A DNA stretch of 64,000 nt, taken from a bacterium. GTDB lineage: Bacteria; Electryoneota; JAOADG01. Under the pieces are notes generated by a model. That model searched no databases. It worked only from the letters and a program-made list of their open reading frames with translations, and had not been told where the DNA came from. Positions 59,181 to 64,000 of the stretch are shown here, in pieces. The stretch lies in the NCBI GenBank assembly GCA_963681965.1, contig OY820579.1:559078-623077 (forward strand), given 5' to 3'. The translations under genes were made by a program, and so were the position numbers. The stretch's first letter is position 1. Each line of letters begins with the position of its first letter.

Positions 59181-60698
59181 TTACCGTGAAAATTCGGTCA
59201 GGCTGGTGGTGAGTAAGAAATTGGTCAAGCGGGGATTATGGATGCCATACGAACCGTCGCGGGAGAGGAATTGGTAGATCCAGCGCGCCTCACGGTACGC
59301 AATACTAGCGGTGTCGGATAATGACTGGTGTTGTTGTATCCTAGTGGCAAGGGAGTCCAGTTTCATGCGTACCGATTGTTGCGATTGTGCGATGAAATCC
59401 AACCCACTACCCGGATGACAAAACTCGCAGGCTTGGGATGTAACTTGGAAACTGTGATCGCTCCTCGCAGATACCCCTTGTTGCCACGGTTCGCGATAAA
59501 GATGACAAATCGCGCAACTGCCGCCCAAATTACCATGCTCACCGGAAAGCGGTGCGGTGCTATCCGAGCCGTATACAATCGCAGTCAAATTATGCGTCAG
59601 CAGATCCGCTTGTGGATGTATGGGCAAGTGATCTGAGTTGAGCGGTAAATCGATATTCGGTTGATGACAGCGCTGGCAAAGCAAATCGGGTGTCAGACGC
59701 AGCATTTTATAAGTCGGGTGCCGGGGATGCGCCGAATGGCAAACCGCACACCCGATTATGACGGGTTCAGATTCGGCGCTATTCCAGAACGCAACCGAAT
59801 CGCCGTTTAAACGCTTGATCGCTTGGCTGGTTTGATGGCAACCGGCACAGCGATTGGGATCGGAAGATGCCAAAATCTCGGCACGAATGAGTGTCGATTT
59901 GCGGTTATGGGTCTGGGTATCGATGGATGTCATCGGATGTTGCGAAATGAGCGGTAAAGTCCGATGACAGCGGATACACTGCTGTTGCGCGGCAACGTTA
60001 TCGCGAAAACCATTGATCGACAAATGCTGCGAACCACCATAACCGTAGCGTTCCGATGGACCATGACACGCTTCGCATTGAATGCCATTCATTCGGTCGG
60101 TGAAAACTTCATCGGCACCACCATTAGCCAGTATCGTATCGTATCCGGTGGTATGACATTGACGACAAACGGCATTGACCGTCGATACCGTTAAAGATGC
60201 ATGTGCCGTTCCCGACCAAGCCACCGCAAATGCGTTGTGGCACTGGATGCAACCGTTGTCCGTTCCCCGATATTGGGGATGATCGACAGCGATATATCCG
60301 GCAATTTTCTCTTCAAGCGCCCCAGAAACCGACCAATCCGATCCATATGCAACGCACTGGATCCGAAGTGAAATCATGTGTACCGATGAGTCCGGTATGA
60401 CAATCGTCAAGCGGTTCGTAATGATCGATAAATGAGTTGTATCGATCGATTTCCACTCACCGGCAGCGTCGCCTGCCAAGAATTGCCAAACATAGATCAC
60501 ACTATCATTCGGCGCATTTTTAACTACTGCATCAATCGTGTCGATCGATCCGGAAATGAAAATGCCACGATGTGTTTTGTGCAATTCCAGCGAAATAGGG
60601 GCATCGGTATGCGATTTATCGCAACCGGTGAATATAACGGTCAGATAACTGAGAACTATGAAGAGAAGTGGCAACCGATAATATGAGTTGATTGACAT
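59181..60698 (-). CDS. Multiheme c-type cytochrome lipoprotein with nine CxxCH motifs
   Basis: Lipoprotein signal MSINSYYRLPLLFIVLSYLTVIFTGC. CIQCH, CRQCH, CEACH, CIRCH, CAGCH, CAVCH, CQRCH, CAICH and CEFCH were counted directly. Confidence 0.8.
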   Translation of the reverse strand: MSINSYYRLPLLFIVLSYLTVIFTGCDKSHTDAPISLELHKTHRGIFISGSIDTIDAVVKNAPNDSVIYVWQFLAGDAAGEWKSIDTTHLSIITNRLTIVIPDSSVHMISLRIQCVAYGSDWSVSGALEEKIAGYIAVDHPQYRGTDNGCIQCHNAFAVAWSGTAHASLTVSTVNAVCRQCHTTGYDTILANGGADEVFTDRMNGIQCEACHGPSERYGYGGSQHLSINGFRDNVAAQQQCIRCHRTLPLISQHPMTSIDTQTHNRKSTLIRAEILASSDPNRCAGCHQTSQAIKRLNGDSVAFWNSAESEPVIIGCAVCHSAHPRHPTYKMLRLTPDLLCQRCHQPNIDLPLNSDHLPIHPQADLLTHNLTAIVYGSDSTAPLSGEHGNLGGSCAICHLYREPWQQGVSARSDHSFQVTSQACEFCHPGSGLDFIAQSQQSVRMKLDSLATRIQQHQSLSDTASIAYREARWIYQFLSRDGSYGIHNPRLTNFLLTTSLTEFSR

Positions 60699-60820
60699 AT
60701 TTCATCTATATTTCGACGATTTGTTAACAAAGTTAATACACAATTCATAGCTTTGGTACTCGGGTTGGAATTTTCAAGATTTTTTTCCATTTTCTAGACG
60801 ACAACCATCGAGGAGCAACC

Positions 60821-61279
60821 ATGCCTAAGAAAATTACTAAATCTCCTGCTAAACCGTCTGTTTCCAGTTCATCCACCACCGATTTCAACGGTAATCTCCC
60901 GAAAACCAACTCGGTAATCACGCGTCACCTCTGTCTAAATCGAGATTTAGGTGTGGGCGGGAACCTGTTCGGCGGGGTGATGTTAAGCTGGATCGACGAG
61001 GCGGCTGGGATCTACGCCATGCTGGTAATTGGTTCCGAAATGATTGTGACTCGAGCATTTGAGCACGCCGAATTCCACCATCCCGTTCGTCTGGGCGATC
61101 TCGTCGAGTTTATTGCCGATGGCTACAAAATCGGTCGCACCAGTATCACCGTGAACCTCCGGGTAGTCATACTCGAAGTATCCACTGGGCACCGGATCGA
61201 CACGCATTCGGTCGCTGTGACCATGGTTCATGTCTCGCGCAGCGGTTTCCCGCTTGAAATCAAGAAAGTCGGCGTTTAA
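60821..61279 (+). CDS. Hotdog-fold acyl-CoA thioesterase (YciA-like) with a Lys/Ser-rich N-terminal extension
   Basis: ..DLGVGGNLFGGVMLSWIDEAAGIYA.. is the characteristic thioesterase motif. ATG follows gaggag. Confidence 0.7.
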   Translation: MPKKITKSPAKPSVSSSSTTDFNGNLPKTNSVITRHLCLNRDLGVGGNLFGGVMLSWIDEAAGIYAMLVIGSEMIVTRAFEHAEFHHPVRLGDLVEFIADGYKIGRTSITVNLRVVILEVSTGHRIDTHSVAVTMVHVSRSGFPLEIKKVGV

Positions 61280-61290
61280 CAACAATCGTT

Positions 61291-61393
61291 TCTCTTGAAA
61301 ATAAGTTATCATCGGTAGTAGGGGCGGACCCCCGCGTCCGCCCGCAGGTCAGGCGAAGCCTGACACCGAATCATGACAACTTATTTCAAGAGC
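61291..61393 (-). mobile_element. MITE-like element, copy B, inverted relative to copy A
   Basis: tctcttgaaaataagttatc...gacaacttatttcaagag. The reverse complement matches 47019-47121 at roughly 95% identity and includes the tagtaggggcgg...ccgcccgcaggtcaggcgaagcctgac core. Confidence 0.75.
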
Positions 61394-61515
61394 CACTAGA
61401 GAAATTGCTTCACGTTACTCGGTGAGTACGTACTAGCAACAATTTGATCTCCCAAAGATTGCTGCGATTTTCCCGATTGCTCGCTTCGCAATTCCCGATA
61501 GCGTATCTTTTCACC

Positions 61516-62694
61516 ATGCTTGATCCAACCCATCACAAACTTCAGGAACGCGTCAAGGAATTGACGGCGTTGCATCGTACTGCGCGCCTGCTTCAGGACG
61601 ATTCGCAACCTCCGGAATTGCTGATGCGCGAGATTGCGACGCTGTTACCTCCGGCATGGCAGTATCCCGAAGTGACGGAAGCGAGGATCCGGTTCGAGGA
61701 TATCGATGTTGCAACACCGGGATTTGTCATCACTCCTTGGCTTCAACGAGCGACATTTTTACCCCGGTTAGGCAATACCGGAACCATCGAAATCGTATAC
61801 ACCGCAGAACGTCCTCCCGAGGTGGAAGGGGTATTCCTAGCGGAAGAGCGCGACTTGATCGACTCGCTGGCGGAAATGCTCCGCGCCTATTTTCAGAAGA
61901 AGCTTGCCGATCGGGAATTGCAGCAGGCACACGAAAACCTCGAACAACTCGTCGCTGCCCGAACCAGCGAGCTTCAGGCGACGAATGCCGAATTGGCGAA
62001 AGAAATCGAACGACATCAGTTGGCGAGAAAGCAGATCGAAGAGTATCAGGATCGCTTGCGTAAATTAGCCACCGAATTGACATTGGCGGAAGCGAAAGAA
62101 CGACGCGAGTTGGCGGTCGATCTGCACGATCATATCTCACAAGAATTTGCGTTTATCAAGATGCGATTGCAGCAATTCAAAGGGGATGCAATCTTCTGCG
62201 GGTTCGAGAATAATCTTGATGAAATTCTTTCGCTAGTCGACAAAGCGATCCAGTATACCCGCAAATTGACTTACGAAATCAGCTCACCGATTCTTTACGA
62301 ACTGGGTCTATCGGCGGCGCTGGAGTGGTTGGCAGAACAATTCGAAAAAAAACATCAACTCAAAGTCGTCGTTACGCTGCACTCGCATCCACTCAATTTG
62401 TCCGAAGCCATACGAGTAATGTTATTTAAATCGGTCAATGAGTTGTTAACGAATTGCGTTAAGTACGCTCAGGCAAGTAAGATCACGATCACTGTCGAAC
62501 GGCGAATGGGTAAACTCGCCATTGTCGTCGCCGATGACGGTGTCGGCTTCGATACGAATAAACTGGAGTCGGTGGATACCGAGCGCGGCGGTTTCGGTCT
62601 GTTCAGCATTCGTGAGCGATTGCGGTACTTCGGTGGCGAAATGTCGATCGTCTCGATTTTGAATTGCGGTACAACGATTACAATCGCGATCTAA
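61516..62694 (+). CDS. Cytoplasmic sensor histidine kinase (HisKA_3 / NarX-DegS type)
   Basis: H-box ELAVDLHDHISQEF, coiled-coil region, HATPase_c (..VADDGVGFD...GGFGLFSIRERL..). The track start at 61444 is TTG; ATG 61516 was chosen. Confidence 0.75.
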   Translation: MLDPTHHKLQERVKELTALHRTARLLQDDSQPPELLMREIATLLPPAWQYPEVTEARIRFEDIDVATPGFVITPWLQRATFLPRLGNTGTIEIVYTAERPPEVEGVFLAEERDLIDSLAEMLRAYFQKKLADRELQQAHENLEQLVAARTSELQATNAELAKEIERHQLARKQIEEYQDRLRKLATELTLAEAKERRELAVDLHDHISQEFAFIKMRLQQFKGDAIFCGFENNLDEILSLVDKAIQYTRKLTYEISSPILYELGLSAALEWLAEQFEKKHQLKVVVTLHSHPLNLSEAIRVMLFKSVNELLTNCVKYAQASKITITVERRMGKLAIVVADDGVGFDTNKLESVDTERGGFGLFSIRERLRYFGGEMSIVSILNCGTTITIAI

Positions 62695-62706
62695 CACGAG
62701 GATTTC

Positions 62707-63360
62707 ATGGCATCGATTCGATTATTACTGGCTGACGATCACAAACTATTCCGGGCGGGATTGAAACAAATTCTCTCGCGACAGCCGGAACTACTGGTGG
62801 TTGGCGAAGCCGAGAATGGATTTCAAGCGGTCGAATTGGCAATGTCATTGAAGCCGGATCTGGTATTGATGGATATCTCGATGCCCGAATTGAACGGCAT
62901 CGAAGCAACCCGGCGCATCCTCGAAACGAATCCTACCATCAAAATTGTGATTCTATCGATGCACTCCGACCGCCGGTATATTTCCGAAGCGTTGCGGGTC
63001 GGCGCAAAAGGATATTTACTCAAAGACTCGGCGCCGGAAGAGTTGAATCTCGCACTCCACAAGGCGATGCAGAATCAATTTTATCTATCGTCAAAAATTA
63101 ACGAGCAGGTGATCACCGATTTCATCCGGTTATCCGACGCCAATGCCGAAACGGCATTCAGTACTCTGAGTGCACGCGAGCGCGAAGTGCTGCAACAGCT
63201 TGCCGAAGGAAAATCGACCAAGCAAATTGCCGATAAGTTGTTCGTCAGCGTGAAGACCGTCGAGACGCATCGCATGCACATTATGGATAAATTGAATATT
63301 CACACCATTGCCGAATTGACCCGCTACGCGATTCGCGAAGGGTTGACACCACTAGAGTAA
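62707..63360 (+). CDS. NarL/FixJ-family response regulator (receiver plus LuxR-type HTH)
   Basis: IRLLLADDHKLFRAGL...DLVLMDISMPELNG (phospho-Asp). LSAREREVLQQLAEGKSTKQIADKLFVSVKTVETHRMHIMDKL. Confidence 0.9.
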   Translation: MASIRLLLADDHKLFRAGLKQILSRQPELLVVGEAENGFQAVELAMSLKPDLVLMDISMPELNGIEATRRILETNPTIKIVILSMHSDRRYISEALRVGAKGYLLKDSAPEELNLALHKAMQNQFYLSSKINEQVITDFIRLSDANAETAFSTLSAREREVLQQLAEGKSTKQIADKLFVSVKTVETHRMHIMDKLNIHTIAELTRYAIREGLTPLE

Positions 63361-63371
63361 GGAGATTCAAT

Positions 63372-63812
63372 ATGTCGACATTAACCGATAAACAGTCGTT
63401 TCTTGCCGGAAAGCGCTTTGCCGTCGTCGGAATTTCTACCGGTAGAGGATTTGGAAACAGTGTCTATCGCGATTTAACCGCAAAAGGATACACGATGTAT
63501 CCCGTCAGTATCAGTGCAACGACAATTGAAGGCGTTCAGTGCTACAAAAAACTGTCGGATATTACCGAACCGATCGATGGTGTCATCACGGTCGTACCAC
63601 CGGCGGCAACCGAGCAAATCGTTCAGGAATGCATTGCACTTGGGATCAAGAAAATATGGATGCAAGTCGGATCGGAATCAAAAACCGCAATCGCGACAGC
63701 GCAGGCAAACGGTATCACCGTGATCAGCGATCACTGCATCATGATGTATGCACAACCATCCTTCCCCCATAATTTTCACGGCTGGATTGCGAAAATGACC
63801 GGTAAATATTAG
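63372..63812 (+). CDS. CoA-binding domain protein (YccU/YneT-like)
   Basis: KRFAVVGISTGRGFGNSVYRDLTAKGY..YPV.. is the CoA-binding Rossmann-like motif. ggag ribosome-binding site. Confidence 0.7.
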   Translation: MSTLTDKQSFLAGKRFAVVGISTGRGFGNSVYRDLTAKGYTMYPVSISATTIEGVQCYKKLSDITEPIDGVITVVPPAATEQIVQECIALGIKKIWMQVGSESKTAIATAQANGITVISDHCIMMYAQPSFPHNFHGWIAKMTGKY

Positions 63813-63960
63813 GCGTTAGATAAGCTCCCCCCGTACCCCTTTCCCGACTTCTTATTGAAGTCGGGTTTGTTGTATCAGTTATTCCCTACTGAAAATCAGG
63901 ATTCTCCCGATACCCCTTTTTACACACATCCACTACTTTGGTAACGGTAGTAAACTAAGA

Positions 63961-64000
63961 GGTTCTTGAAAATAAGTTGTCATGATTCGGTGTCAGGCTT
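63961..64000 (+). mobile_element. MITE-like element, copy C, left end only; truncated by the window end
   Basis: ggttcttgaaaataagttgtcatgattcggtgtcaggctt is identical over 40 bp, with one mismatch, to the left end of copy A. Confidence 0.6.

Noticed and set aside
1-64000. tRNA, rRNA or other structured RNA genes
   Set aside because: Scanning intergenic regions by eye showed no cloverleaf-compatible GTTCGA/TTCGAAT T-arm contexts or rRNA-like segments. Small RNAs cannot be excluded without covariance-model searches.

Overview
This 64 kb window is bacterial chromosome with about 50% GC, densely coding on both strands. It has no rRNA, tRNA or CRISPR that I could find. Three secreted proteins end in a type IX secretion (T9SS) C-terminal sorting domain (..GTYFVRLQ..KIILLR/KIVLLK), which suggests an FCB-superphylum organism, possibly Ignavibacteria/Chlorobi-like; this is an inference. 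Housekeeping and metabolic genes include typA (5' part only), valS, sufU, a 2-oxo-acid dehydrogenase E1alpha/E1beta/E2 operon, two tandem phosphate acetyl/butyryltransferase paralogs, a GH13 amylase-family protein and a 9-heme c-type cytochrome. Surface and cell-envelope genes include a UDP-sugar 4,6-dehydratase / DegT aminotransferase / methyltransferase trio, a TetR-controlled TolC/HlyD/ABC-ABC/ABC-2-ABC-2 efflux operon and a flotillin. Accessory content is most interesting in five places. (1) An AT-rich islet between the dehydrogenase operon and valS carries a tripartite HicA toxin / HicB antitoxin / SecB-like chaperone (TAC) module, then an esterase and an IS630 element. (2) A three-gene operon encodes a protein built from a KaiC-like ATPase, a receiver-like domain and a GGDEF-like domain, each with its catalytic or phospho-acceptor residue substituted, followed by two unknown proteins. 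(3) A MASE1-PAS-GAF-PAS-PAS sensor with no kinase output ends in a conserved Cys4 module; the gene carries a 1-nt frameshift, and the same module recurs in a small two-TM protein elsewhere in the window. (4) An arsenic / thiol-disulfide island (arsR, a COG0701 permease, two thioredoxins, CcdA, an ICMT-type methyltransferase, acr3, arsC) sits behind a perfect 16-bp palindromic operator. (5) Two short-repeat families are present: a roughly 102-bp MITE with 17-bp terminal inverted repeats (3 copies) and GC-rich REP-like palindromes (core TAGTAGGGGCG...). The REP-like elements form a tandem array and clusters, and are also inserted in-frame, for about 580 bp, inside a T9SS-secreted SBBP beta-propeller gene. 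The supplied ORF track labels TTG and GTG starts as M, so several starts were re-placed at downstream ATGs with a ribosome-binding site.
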